A stretch of DNA of 56,799 bases, from positions 1-56,799 of the forward strand of contig JASHPZ010000017.1 in the NCBI GenBank assembly GCA_030037815.1, read 5' to 3'. Within the stretch, counting starts at the first letter, position 1; each line of letters opens with the position of its first letter. Positions 35,646-45,308 of the stretch are shown here, piece after piece. The DNA is from Thermoplasmata archaeon. GTDB taxonomy: Archaea > Thermoplasmatota > Thermoplasmata > Lutacidiplasmatales > UBA184. The notes beneath the pieces were generated by a model. The model ran no database searches, had not been told where the DNA came from, and worked only from the letters and a program-made list of their open reading frames with translations. Made by a program: the position numbers and the translations under genes.

Positions 35646-37325
35646 CTAGAACGCCCGCGACGGCGTCTGTTCGCCGAAGAGGGTCCGCCAGACGTCGGCG
35701 ACCTCGCCCAAGGTCGCGCCGGCCGAAACGGCAGCGAGGACGAGCGGCATCACGTTCGACCCCGACCGGGTCCCCGCCTCCAGGGCGGCGAGCCGGTCGC
35801 GGCAGCGGGCCGCGCTCCGCCGCGACCGCCACCGGCGGACGGCGGCGACCTCGGCGCGTTCGTGCACGTCGGTGATCCGTTCGACGCGGACGCCGCGCCC
35901 GTCGGTCGCCGGAAAGAGCGTGAACTCCGCGTTCCCCTCCGTGAAGTCGTTGACGCCGACCACCACCTCTTCCTTCCGCTCGCGGGCGCGCGCGACCCGG
36001 TACGCCTCCTGGGCGATCTCGGACGCCATGAAGCCGCGGTCGACCGCCGCGAGGGCGCCCCCCAGCGCGTCGATCCGCGCGAGGTACTCGGTCGCGCCGC
36101 GCTCGACCTCGTCGGTGAGGTACTCGATCTCGTACGCCCCGCCGAGCGGGTCGACCGTGCTCGCCACGCCCGACTCCTCGGCCAGGATCTGCTGGGTGCG
36201 GAGCGCGAGGCGCGCGGACGACTCGGTCGGGAGGCCAAGCGCCTCGTCCAGCGAGTTCGTGTGCAGCGACTGCGTCCCTCCGAGGACCGCGGAGAGGGCC
36301 TCGAGCGTCGTCCGTACGACGTTGAGCTCGGGCTGCTGGGCCGTCAGGCTCGAGCCGGCCGTCTGGGTGTGGAACCGCAGCTGCATCGCCCGCCCGCTCT
36401 TCGCGCCGAACCGGTCGCGCACGATCTTCGCCCAGAGTCGCCGCGCGGCGCGGTACTTTCCGATCTCTTCGAGAAAGTTGCGGTCGGCGGAGAAGAAGAA
36501 CGAGAGGCGGGGGAGGAACTCGTCCAGGTCGAGCCCGCGGGCGCGGACCGCGTCGACGTACGCGATCGCGTTCGCGAGCGTGAACGCGACCTCCTGGACG
36601 GCGGTCGCGCCCGCCTCGCGCATGTGGTAGCCCGAGACCGAGATGTAGTTCCACTGCGGCATCTCGCGGGTCGCGAACTCGATCAGGTCGACCGCGAGAC
36701 GGAGGGACGCGGCGGCCGGATAGATGTACGTGCCGCGCGCGATGTACTCCTTCAGGATGTCGTTCTGGACGGTGCCGCCGAGCCGCGCGCGGGGCACCCC
36801 GTTCTCCTCGGCGACCGCGACCAGGAACGCCGTCAGGATCGGCGCCGTCGCGTTGATCGTCATCGAGACGGTGGCGCGGTCGAGCCTGATCCCGCGAAAG
36901 AGCGTACGCATCGCGCCGAGCGACGAAACGGGCACGCCGCACCGCCCGACCTCGCCCTGCGCGCGCGGGTGGTCCGGGTCGTAGCCGTTCTGGGTCGGGA
37001 GGTCGAACGCGACGGAGAGCCCCGTCTGGCCCCCATTCATCAGAAAGTGGAACCGCGCGTTCGTGGCCGCCGCGCTCCCGAACCCCGAGTACTGGCGGAA
37101 CGTCCACAGGCGCCCCCGGTACATCGTCGGCTGGATGCCGCGGGTGTACGGCGCGACGCCGGGAAACCCGACCTTCTCGAGGAACGCGTCGTCCGGGTCA
37201 TCCGGGGGTCCGACCAGGAGCGGGACCTTCCCGCCGTCGACCTTCGGCCCGATCGCGGCCCGCGCGTCCGACTCCCACCGCGCGCGGTCGGCGGCCGGGG
37301 GCCGGGCCGCCCGCGACTTCGCCAT
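35646..37325 (-). CDS. Methylmalonyl-CoA mutase large subunit
   Basis: PYTRG, RQYSGFG (Tyr at the specificity position), AFDLPTQ, QNDILKEY, GYHMREAG and TQSLHTN motifs. No B12-binding domain. Confidence 0.96.
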   Translation of the reverse strand: MAKSRAARPPAADRARWESDARAAIGPKVDGGKVPLLVGPPDDPDDAFLEKVGFPGVAPYTRGIQPTMYRGRLWTFRQYSGFGSAAATNARFHFLMNGGQTGLSVAFDLPTQNGYDPDHPRAQGEVGRCGVPVSSLGAMRTLFRGIRLDRATVSMTINATAPILTAFLVAVAEENGVPRARLGGTVQNDILKEYIARGTYIYPAAASLRLAVDLIEFATREMPQWNYISVSGYHMREAGATAVQEVAFTLANAIAYVDAVRARGLDLDEFLPRLSFFFSADRNFLEEIGKYRAARRLWAKIVRDRFGAKSGRAMQLRFHTQTAGSSLTAQQPELNVVRTTLEALSAVLGGTQSLHTNSLDEALGLPTESSARLALRTQQILAEESGVASTVDPLGGAYEIEYLTDEVERGATEYLARIDALGGALAAVDRGFMASEIAQEAYRVARARERKEEVVVGVNDFTEGNAEFTLFPATDGRGVRVERITDVHERAEVAAVRRWRSRRSAARCRDRLAALEAGTRSGSNVMPLVLAAVSAGATLGEVADVWRTLFGEQTPSRAF

Positions 37326-37349
37326 CGGCCGTAGGACCGGCGCGCGCTA

Positions 37350-39041
37350 TTAATCGACTTCGCGGCCGCCGAGGAGCGGCCAGAGCGCCGTGAGGTCCAG
37401 CTCGGCCCACGCGACCGGCACCGGCACGCCGAGATCGGTGAGCACTTTCGGGTGGACCTCGCCGACCTCCGCGACCACCTCGCCCGCGACCCGGACCCGC
37501 GCGGCCCGTCCCGGGATCGTCGCGGGCAGCTCGACCGGCTCCCGCACCGAACCGACGTCGAGGAGCCGGAGGACGTAGTCCGCGAGCGCGGCCGCGTCGG
37601 CGAATCCGGCCGACTCCGACGCGAGGAGCCCCCCCGCGTGATACCGTGTCTCCGCCCCGGACTCCGCGTCCGTCGACCGCCGTACCACCGGCCCGACCTC
37701 GGCGAACCGCTGGGGGTAGCCGTGCCGCGTGTTCCGGCCGAGCACGACCAAGTGCGAGGCGAAGAGACGGTCCCGAACGAACGCGAACTCCGCGGAGACG
37801 GGGTTGCGGAGCGGGATCGGGCCCTCCCCGACCCGGGCCGCCGCGACGTCCGAGACGAGCAGGCCCGTGTTCGGCTGAGCGTACCCGAGTCCGAGGAACC
37901 AGTCGGCGACGCGGCGGCGGAATCGGATCTCGGGGGAGCGCCGGCCCCGGGTGCCGCTCATCGGAAGCCGCCCGTCGGACGGACGGATGCCGCCCGACAG
38001 GACGACCTCCTCGACCGCGTCGATCGGCGTGACGAGGTCCGGCCGCCACGGCGGAGCCTCGACCGTCCAGCCCCCCGAGTGCGGTCGGAACCCCAGTCGG
38101 GCGCGCGCGAGACGACGCTCGACCTCCGGACCGGGCACGACGTCCCCCCACGCGGCGTGCACGAGGGCCGCCGACAGACGGACCGGATGCGGGGCGACCG
38201 CGCGGCGGCCGTCGGAGCGCGCGTCCCCGGGCCCGACGACAGGCAGCGGACGCACGGACCAGCCGCGCGCGACGAACGGGGCGAGCAGGAGCCCGAGCGA
38301 CTCGCGGACCGGGCGCTCCGCGGTGCCGGTCGACTCGAGGAGGAGGTCGCGGTCGCCGACCCGGGCCTCGCCCGCGCCCCGACTGTTGAGGACCGGCGGC
38401 AGGCTCAGGACGGCGCCGTGCGCGTCAACCAGCGCGAGGCCGGCGTCCCCCACCCGTCCGAGCGCGCCGTACCGCTCGGCCATCGGATGGTCGCGGTAGA
38501 ACACGGCCGCCGTCACCTCGGCGACGCCGTCCAGGGGGACGAACCGGAGCCGGTCGAGCGGCTCGAGCGCATACCGGACCGGGAAGGCGAACCGATCGAC
38601 CGGGTAGATCCCGAGGCTCGCCGCCCGCCGGTCCCGGCCGATGCTCGCGTGGACGATCTCCTGGAAGCGGACGGCCTCGGCGAGCAGCCCCGCATCCAGC
38701 GCCCCGCCGCGCGGCGCCGAGAGCAGCGCACCGGCGAGGTGGGGGCGGAGAGGGACGACGCTCGGGTCGACCTCCAGTCGCGTCGTGGGGGACGGCTCCG
38801 GGCCCGCGGGGGGTGTCACGAGGCCGACGTCCGACTCGACCTCGCCCTGGAGGTAGAGCGCGAGGCCGCCCTCCGACAGGAGGTCCAACCGGTCCGGCGT
38901 GACCGACACCGTCCACGCGTCCGGCGTGCGGTCCTCGACCTCCGCCTTCGACGCGAACAGTAGATCGTCGAGCGCGCGATCCGAGAGCGGGGCCCGGAGG
39001 AGCTCGAGGACCCGCGACGGGACGAGCGTGCTCTGCGGCAT
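37350..39041 (-). CDS. pheT: Phenylalanine--tRNA ligase beta subunit
   Basis: PDRLDLLS, SLPPVLNS, PPWRPDL and GEVHPKVL motifs. Confidence 0.93.
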   Translation of the reverse strand: MPQSTLVPSRVLELLRAPLSDRALDDLLFASKAEVEDRTPDAWTVSVTPDRLDLLSEGGLALYLQGEVESDVGLVTPPAGPEPSPTTRLEVDPSVVPLRPHLAGALLSAPRGGALDAGLLAEAVRFQEIVHASIGRDRRAASLGIYPVDRFAFPVRYALEPLDRLRFVPLDGVAEVTAAVFYRDHPMAERYGALGRVGDAGLALVDAHGAVLSLPPVLNSRGAGEARVGDRDLLLESTGTAERPVRESLGLLLAPFVARGWSVRPLPVVGPGDARSDGRRAVAPHPVRLSAALVHAAWGDVVPGPEVERRLARARLGFRPHSGGWTVEAPPWRPDLVTPIDAVEEVVLSGGIRPSDGRLPMSGTRGRRSPEIRFRRRVADWFLGLGYAQPNTGLLVSDVAAARVGEGPIPLRNPVSAEFAFVRDRLFASHLVVLGRNTRHGYPQRFAEVGPVVRRSTDAESGAETRYHAGGLLASESAGFADAAALADYVLRLLDVGSVREPVELPATIPGRAARVRVAGEVVAEVGEVHPKVLTDLGVPVPVAWAELDLTALWPLLGGREVD

Positions 39042-40568
39042 CTAGTCCGTCCCTCCCGTCAATTCGGCGAGGTCTTCGACGAACAGGTCGCGGATGTCGT
39101 TCTTGCCGAGCGCCACCATCGCGAGACGGGTGATGCCGGCCCCCCAGGCGATGACCGGCACCTCCACGCCGAGCGGGCGGAGCACCTCGGGGCGCAACAG
39201 GCCGCCGGGGAACACCTCCATCCAGCCGAGGCGCGGGTGGCGGACGTACCCTTCGATCGACGGCTCGGTGAACGGGAAGTAGCTCGGCCGGATCTTGAGC
39301 TCCGGAATCCCGATCGCGTGCGCGAGCGTCTGGAACAGTCCGACCAGGTCCCGAAGCGAGATACCGGCCTGCCCCGCGATCCCCTCGCACTGCCCGAACT
39401 CGAGGTGGTGGCGCGCGTCCAACTCCTCGCGGCGGAAGTTCCGGTCGACCGAGAACATCCGGAACGGCGGCGTCGGGTGCCGCGCGAGGTACCGCGCCGA
39501 GACCGCGGTCGTCTGCGACCGCAGCACCGGACGGGCCGCGATCGCGGGGTCGTACTGGGCCGTCCAACCGGGTCCCAGGGGCTCGGACTCGCCGGGGAGG
39601 GCCCGGCCTTCGTGCGCCGCCGCGACGCGGGCGAGGAGCTCGGCCGAGGGCAGGCGGCCCGAGATCCCCTCGAGCGAGAGCGCGTCGTGGATCGACCGCG
39701 CGGGGTGGTCCTGCGGCATGAACAACACGTCGTTGTTCCAGAACTCGGTCTCGAGGAGCGGTCCCTCGGACTGCTCGAACCCGAGGCCCACCAGGATCTC
39801 CTCGAACTCCTCGAGCCAGGCGACGTACGGGTTCGGCCGCGCGCCGGTGACGAACGGCACGGGGGCCCGCACGTCGTACGGCCGGAACGCCTGAGTGGAC
39901 CACGCGCCGGACGCGAGGAGGCGGGGCGAGAGCGCCCCCAGGAGAGACTCCGACGTCGCCTCGAGCGGCAGACGCCGCCCTTCTTCGGAGGGCGACCACG
40001 CCTTGCGGGAACGGCGGTCGGTCCGGACGAGCCCCCGTCGTTCGAGCGCCTGGTACACGGCGCCGTCGAGCTCCTCCTCGCCGTTCGCCACCTGCTTGAG
40101 GACGACCTCCTCGGGGAGGAGCCCGTCGGGCGGCGCCGCGCCATCCTTCCACCGGAACGGGAGCCCGTCGGCGAGGAGCCCCCGGCGTCGGAGGATGCCG
40201 ATCGCCGCCGAGCGCTCTTCCTCCGCGATCCCTTCCGCGGCGGCTTCCTCGGGGGTGAGCGCCCCCCGTCGGCGCAACGCGTCCAGGAACCGGCGTTCGG
40301 GAAGGCCGGAGGCGATCGCCGCGTCGCCGCGCGGGGTGAGCCGGCGGGTCGACTCGTGGCTCTCCTCGACGACGACGAGGTGCTTCGACTTGAGGCGCTG
40401 GAGGCTCCCGCGGACCGCGTCCGGTGGGAGGCCGAGTTCGCCCGCCAGCTCCTCCTCGTCGACCGGGAGGTCGGTGAGGGCACGCAACACCGCCAGCACC
40501 GAACGCTCGGGCCCCGAGAGGGTCACCGGGGCCGCACCGTCCGGAGCATCGTCCGATGCGCCGGGCAC
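39042..40568 (-). CDS. pheS: Phenylalanine--tRNA ligase alpha subunit (archaeal long form)
   Basis: FWNNDVLFMPQDHPAR, NFRRE, YFPFTEPS and GLLRPEV motifs. GTG start inferred at 40568. Confidence 0.95.
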   Translation of the reverse strand: MPGASDDAPDGAAPVTLSGPERSVLAVLRALTDLPVDEEELAGELGLPPDAVRGSLQRLKSKHLVVVEESHESTRRLTPRGDAAIASGLPERRFLDALRRRGALTPEEAAAEGIAEEERSAAIGILRRRGLLADGLPFRWKDGAAPPDGLLPEEVVLKQVANGEEELDGAVYQALERRGLVRTDRRSRKAWSPSEEGRRLPLEATSESLLGALSPRLLASGAWSTQAFRPYDVRAPVPFVTGARPNPYVAWLEEFEEILVGLGFEQSEGPLLETEFWNNDVLFMPQDHPARSIHDALSLEGISGRLPSAELLARVAAAHEGRALPGESEPLGPGWTAQYDPAIAARPVLRSQTTAVSARYLARHPTPPFRMFSVDRNFRREELDARHHLEFGQCEGIAGQAGISLRDLVGLFQTLAHAIGIPELKIRPSYFPFTEPSIEGYVRHPRLGWMEVFPGGLLRPEVLRPLGVEVPVIAWGAGITRLAMVALGKNDIRDLFVEDLAELTGGTD

Positions 40569-40660
40569 GCCGGCGGAGAGAGGTCGCGGATTATGAACTT
40601 GACCGCGCGGACGCGCGGGAAGGGGTTCGGGCCGGCGGTTGGTTCGACCGACCGGCGCGA

Positions 40661-41059
40661 CTAGCTCGACGCGACGGCCCGGGAGACCGCGCGCGTCGCG
40701 GGCTCGATCAGGAGGAGCACCCCCGCCACGAGGGCGAGGATCCCGCCGACCAGCGTCGCGACGTTCAGCCCGCCCGCGCTCACGACCCAGGAGACGACCG
40801 CGAGGACGACGAGGAGCACCCCGCACGTCCCGGCCCGGTCGCTCCAGCCGCGGCTCGCGAGGTGGGCGAACAGGAGCACGAGGGCCCCGATCACGCCGAG
40901 CGCGACGGCCGTCCCGACGCCTGCGATCGCCCCGAAGACGTGGCCGGTCACGGCGTCGGCCAGGCCGAACGCCAGGGAGACCACGCCGCCGACGATCAGG
41001 AGCAGCCCCCCCGCGAGCCCGAGCCCGTGGGCGAGCGTCCGCTCGTTTGGATTCACCAT
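40661..41059 (-). CDS. Gly-rich 4-TM membrane protein of unknown function
   Basis: ATG 41059 is preceded by a strong SD (GGAGGTGA); four hydrophobic segments. Confidence 0.82.
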   Translation of the reverse strand: MVNPNERTLAHGLGLAGGLLLIVGGVVSLAFGLADAVTGHVFGAIAGVGTAVALGVIGALVLLFAHLASRGWSDRAGTCGVLLVVLAVVSWVVSAGGLNVATLVGGILALVAGVLLLIEPATRAVSRAVASS

Positions 41060-41080
41060 TGGTTTCTCACCTCCTGTGTG

Positions 41081-41141
41081 TTCGCTCCGCCCCGAGAAGC
41101 CCCCCTGCGAGGGGGGACCGGGGCGGGCCTTACCGAGCGAA
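41081..41141 (-). promoter_or_regulatory. Structured 5' leader (candidate cis-regulatory RNA)
   Basis: Nested stems TTCGCTC/GAGCGAA, CGCCCCG/CGGGGCG and CCCCCC/GGGGGG end a few nt before the SD. Confidence 0.45.
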
Positions 41142-41274
41142 GGTCGGGCCCATCCTACTTGAAGGAACGTCCCGCGCTTCGCGGAATTCGTCTTCGGATT
41201 CGGCGATTGCCGCATCGCGCCGGGTTTCGTTCCACGATTGTCGTTCGGGCCAAGGGCCGCGGGCCGCGGGAGAC

Positions 41275-43668
41275 TCAGCGCCCGGAGCCCATGTCGAACG
41301 GTTCGGGGTCGGCGGGGCCCGGTGGAGCTTCCGCCGGTGGAGTCGCCGTCGGCTCGACCGGCGCGGCCGCAGGCGACGCCGGCGGTCCGGCGGCCGGTAC
41401 CGAGGGAGCCGCGACCGGGGCGTTCGCGCCCGCCGGCGGCGCCGGGGCGGAAGCGACGGACGGGCGCCGCGGAGGTCGGCGACCGAGCACGCCCCCCAGC
41501 GCGATCGCGAGCCCCATGATCACGACGAAGCCGAGGATGCTGTACGGCATCTCCCCCAGGAAACCGAGCGCCGGTACGAGCCCGAGCAGGTTCACCGCGA
41601 GCGTCGTCGAGCTCTGGCCGTAGAGGCCGTCCGAGGTGACGGTCACGGTCGCGATGGCGTGGGACCCCAGGTAGCACGCCGGCACCGCGAGGCTCGCGGT
41701 CGCGACGCCCTGCGCGTTCGAAGAGACCGTGGCAGTCGCGAACCGCCCCACGCACGGCCCGACGGCGCTGTCGGCGTCGAGGTCGATCTCGGCGGGCACC
41801 CCGACCACCGGGGCGCCGCTCGTCCGGTTCGCGAGCGTCACCTGGATCGTTACGGTGCCGCCGGGGGCCACGGTCGCGGGCGAGGCGGTGACCGTGATGT
41901 TCACGAACGTCGCGGTGAGGTCTTCGTAGAGCAACAAGGCGCTCGGCGACCCCCACCCGGTCACGGCGTCCCAGCCGGTTGTCGCCGTCGCGACGCAGTT
42001 CGACCCCGAGGTGATGTCCATCAGCCCGATCCCGTTCTTTCCGGTCGACTGCTCTTCCGCGACCACGTAGATCCGCGGGTTGAGGAAGCCGAGCGACGTG
42101 CCCGCGCGCGCGTCCATGGTGACGACGAGCCCGGCCCACAGCGGCGTAGCGAAGCTCGTCCCCGCGCCCTGGCCGGTCTGGCCGTCGAAGTAGAGGAAGT
42201 TCAGCGCGGCGGTGGCGGCGACGTCCGGCACCCCGCGATGCCCCTGCGCGGCGATGGTCGGGACGCTGGATTGCCAGGACGGAGTCGAGTAGTCCGACGA
42301 GAAGCCGCCGCCGCTGTCCACCCAGCCCGACTCCGAGAACCCCGTCACGGAACCGATCACGTTTCGGCTGAGCGAGACGTCCGTTCCCCCGACCGCGAGG
42401 ACGTACGGCGAGGTCGAGGGGTACTCGGGGGCGGGCCCCCCGCTGCACGCTTTGGCGTCCCCGCCGGTATCGCCCGTCGCCGCGAGCAGGCTGATCCCTT
42501 CCTGGGTAGCGGTCGCGAACGCCGTCTCGAAGCCGGCGCTCAGGCCGGCGTCCGTCGACTCGGACGTGCCGAACGACATCGAGACCGCGCGGACGTCGGG
42601 GAGCGAGATCGCCTCGTTCAGCGCGTCGATCATCGACACGTCCGTCGGGGAGTAGCCGTTGGAGGACGGACCGTCCGGCGCGTAGACGGCGTCGAGCGTC
42701 GCCCCCGGCGCCATCGAGCCCGACCACTCCATGTCGAGGGTCAGCTCGCGGGGCGCGCCGCTCGGGTCGTTCGGGGCGCCGGCGGACGGCGCGGGCGCCC
42801 CGTCGACGGGGTACGCATTCCAGTGGACCGCCGGGAACGAGGACGGATAGTACGAGGAGAAGAACGTCGAGATGTCCGACGGGGCGTAGCCGTCCCCCCA
42901 TAGCAGGAGCGCGATCGCCTCCCCGCTCGGGAACTGGGCGGCCCCGCCCGAGACGTTGTAGAGGCTCGAGAGGTCGTAGATCTGCCGGGCGATCGCCGGC
43001 GTTACCATGTCCGTCGCGGACGCGGCCGGCGACGTGGGGACGAGCGGGAGCGAGAAGGAGTCCATTCCGGTCGACAGCCCCGAGATCCCGACGATCTCGT
43101 TCTCGAGACCGACGGGGAGAGTGGGCGACGCGGCCGGGAACGTCACGGTGCGCCCGTCCCACTCGCCCGACTCGAGGCGGGTGCCGAACGCCCGGTCGAG
43201 CGCCGCGGCGCTTCCCGAGACCGTCAACGAAAGCCGATCGGAAGCCGTGTGCACGACCGTCAGCCCGTCGGCGACGAAGTACGCCTCGGCGGCGGCGTAC
43301 GCCGCGACCGGGAGCCCCCAGCGGCTCGCCACCTGGGTGGACGTCAAGGGCGCGGCGCCGGCGGACGGCGTCGCGAAGAACGATGGGTCGCGGGCCGCGA
43401 ACGTGATTGCGACCAGCGCGGAACCGGTGTACACGAGGGGATCCGACACCTCGCCGGGCACGGCGGAACTGTACCCGGCCCGTTGGGCGAACGAGCCGCC
43501 GTAGAACGACGGAAACCCGTCCACCGACGGAGCTCCGGTCGCGACGGTCGGCGCCGGCGCCCCGACCGGCGCGGCCAGCGTCACGCCGGGTAGCGTCGGG
43601 ATCGCGACGACGAGGGCGAGGGCGAGCAGGCCCCAAAAGCGCGCCCGCCGCGCCGTCCGCCCGTCCAT
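41275..43668 (-). CDS. S53 (sedolisin/kumamolisin) acid serine peptidase, membrane-anchored
   Basis: Signal peptide and prodomain; ELTLD (ExxxD), TGD, PDVAA, GTSFATP and WDAVTGWGSP motifs; Ig-like domain; C-terminal TM; Pro/Ala tail. Confidence 0.93.
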   Translation of the reverse strand: MDGRTARRARFWGLLALALVVAIPTLPGVTLAAPVGAPAPTVATGAPSVDGFPSFYGGSFAQRAGYSSAVPGEVSDPLVYTGSALVAITFAARDPSFFATPSAGAAPLTSTQVASRWGLPVAAYAAAEAYFVADGLTVVHTASDRLSLTVSGSAAALDRAFGTRLESGEWDGRTVTFPAASPTLPVGLENEIVGISGLSTGMDSFSLPLVPTSPAASATDMVTPAIARQIYDLSSLYNVSGGAAQFPSGEAIALLLWGDGYAPSDISTFFSSYYPSSFPAVHWNAYPVDGAPAPSAGAPNDPSGAPRELTLDMEWSGSMAPGATLDAVYAPDGPSSNGYSPTDVSMIDALNEAISLPDVRAVSMSFGTSESTDAGLSAGFETAFATATQEGISLLAATGDTGGDAKACSGGPAPEYPSTSPYVLAVGGTDVSLSRNVIGSVTGFSESGWVDSGGGFSSDYSTPSWQSSVPTIAAQGHRGVPDVAATAALNFLYFDGQTGQGAGTSFATPLWAGLVVTMDARAGTSLGFLNPRIYVVAEEQSTGKNGIGLMDITSGSNCVATATTGWDAVTGWGSPSALLLYEDLTATFVNITVTASPATVAPGGTVTIQVTLANRTSGAPVVGVPAEIDLDADSAVGPCVGRFATATVSSNAQGVATASLAVPACYLGSHAIATVTVTSDGLYGQSSTTLAVNLLGLVPALGFLGEMPYSILGFVVIMGLAIALGGVLGRRPPRRPSVASAPAPPAGANAPVAAPSVPAAGPPASPAAAPVEPTATPPAEAPPGPADPEPFDMGSGR

Positions 43669-43722
43669 CTCAGGGCTCGAAGCTCGGCCCCCTCGGAAAT
43701 AGATTGGCCCCGTTCCGGGGGG

Positions 43723-45180
43723 CTAGCTTCGGATGGGCGCGGTGTACCCTGGGGGCAGGTGGAACGTGCCCGTCCCGCCGAACGGCTCGGGGCGTGGGCT
43801 CGCGTCGGCGTGGCGAAGGCCGGAGAGGTAGGCGTCGATCGCCTCGGCCGCTTCGGTGGCGGTCCCCATCGCGTACACGACCGATCGGCCGCCGGCGGCG
43901 AAGATTCCCGGGACGGCCGTCGCGAACCGGGGCAAGCGACCTTCCGGCCATCCGCCGGACGCGATCCGGAGGTCGAGCGCGGGGTCGATCCCCTCCAGGT
44001 CGGCCTTCTGACCGACCGCGACGATCACGGTGTCGCACGGGAGGACCTCGGTGCCGCCCGGGACCGGGACGGGCGCGCGGCGGCCCCCGGCGTCGGGCGC
44101 TCCGAGCTCCATCGTCTGGATCTCGAGGCCGGTGACGTGGTCCGTCCCGACGATGCGCAGGGGGGCTCGGAGGAACAGGAAGCGGATCCCTTCCGCCTCG
44201 GCGCCGTGCACCTCTTCCGGGTCGGCCGGCATCTCGTCCTTCGTCCGCCGGTAGACGAGGGTCACGTGGCCGCCGTTCGACTTCCGCAGCGCGCTGCGGA
44301 CCGAGTCCATCGCGACGTCACCTCCCCCGACCACGACGACCTCCGTCCCGACCGTCACCGGGCGGCCCGCGTTCAGCTCCTTCAGGAACTCGAGCGCCGG
44401 CACGACGCCCGGTAGCTCTTCGCCCGGGACGCCGAGCGTCCGGTGCGTCGACGTGCCGACCGACACGAACACCGCCTGGTACCCCTCCGCGAGCAACGAC
44501 GCGAACGGGCGGTCGCGGCCGACCTTCGTGCCGGTAACGAGCGTCACGTCCAGGTCCCGGAACCGCGCCATGTCGACCTGGAGGTCGGCGTCCGTCATCC
44601 GGTACGCCGGGATCGTCTGGGCGAGGCCCCCGACGCGGCCCTCCGTCTCGAACACCGTGACGGAGTAGCCCCGCACCCCAAGCTCCCACGCCGCCATCAG
44701 CCCCGCGGGGCCGCCGCCGACGACCGCCACCCGCTGGTGCTTCGGTGCGCTCGGGACGTACGCGAGGTCGCTCGACCCGTAGTCGAGCGCCGCGCGCTTC
44801 AATTGGCGGATCGCGATCGGGACGCCCTTCTTCGTGATCACGCACGACTCCTCGCAGTAGTGGTAGCAGACCTTGCAGAGGGTGGTCGAGAGCGGGTTCT
44901 CCCGCAGCGTCACCTTCGCCGCGCCGTTCCAGTCCTCGATCGCGATCAGACGGATGTACTCGCGGCAGTCCTGCGAGATCGGGCACGCCTCAACGCACCA
45001 GGGACGGCGGCACTGGATGCACCGCTTCGCCTCGAGGACCGCCTCCTCCTTCGAGTACGCGTGGAGCACCTCGCGGAAATCCTTCGTCCGCTCGGCGACC
45101 GGCTCCTCCGGGACCGGGACGCGCACCGGGTTGAGCTTGGGGGGGGTCGGTTTCGGAGGGGACGCGGCGATGCCGGCCAT
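43723..45180 (-). CDS. GltD/SudA/NfnB-like Fe-S flavoprotein oxidoreductase
   Basis: CIQC...C...CP and C...CEESC clusters; GGGPAG, GGGDVAMD and YRR motifs. Confidence 0.92.
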   Translation of the reverse strand: MAGIAASPPKPTPPKLNPVRVPVPEEPVAERTKDFREVLHAYSKEEAVLEAKRCIQCRRPWCVEACPISQDCREYIRLIAIEDWNGAAKVTLRENPLSTTLCKVCYHYCEESCVITKKGVPIAIRQLKRAALDYGSSDLAYVPSAPKHQRVAVVGGGPAGLMAAWELGVRGYSVTVFETEGRVGGLAQTIPAYRMTDADLQVDMARFRDLDVTLVTGTKVGRDRPFASLLAEGYQAVFVSVGTSTHRTLGVPGEELPGVVPALEFLKELNAGRPVTVGTEVVVVGGGDVAMDSVRSALRKSNGGHVTLVYRRTKDEMPADPEEVHGAEAEGIRFLFLRAPLRIVGTDHVTGLEIQTMELGAPDAGGRRAPVPVPGGTEVLPCDTVIVAVGQKADLEGIDPALDLRIASGGWPEGRLPRFATAVPGIFAAGGRSVVYAMGTATEAAEAIDAYLSGLRHADASPRPEPFGGTGTFHLPPGYTAPIRS

Positions 45181-45308
45181 CACGCACCACCGATTTGACC
45201 TCGGCGCGCCGATATGACCCTTGCCCCGGCGGGCCGCGAACGAGCGCGCACACCACGACTTATAGACGTGCCGCGCTAGCACCTCGGGACGCTCGGAGGG
45301 GTGGCCCC

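Noticed and set aside
35646-37325. Isobutyryl- or 2-hydroxyisobutyryl-CoA mutase
   Set aside because: RQYSGF retains the Tyr typical of methylmalonyl-CoA specificity, and the epimerase gene is adjacent.
40661-43636. 991-aa ORF as one protein
   Set aside because: Only the last 132 codons are protein-like and they have their own SD and ATG (41059). The rest is an alternative frame of the S53 gene.
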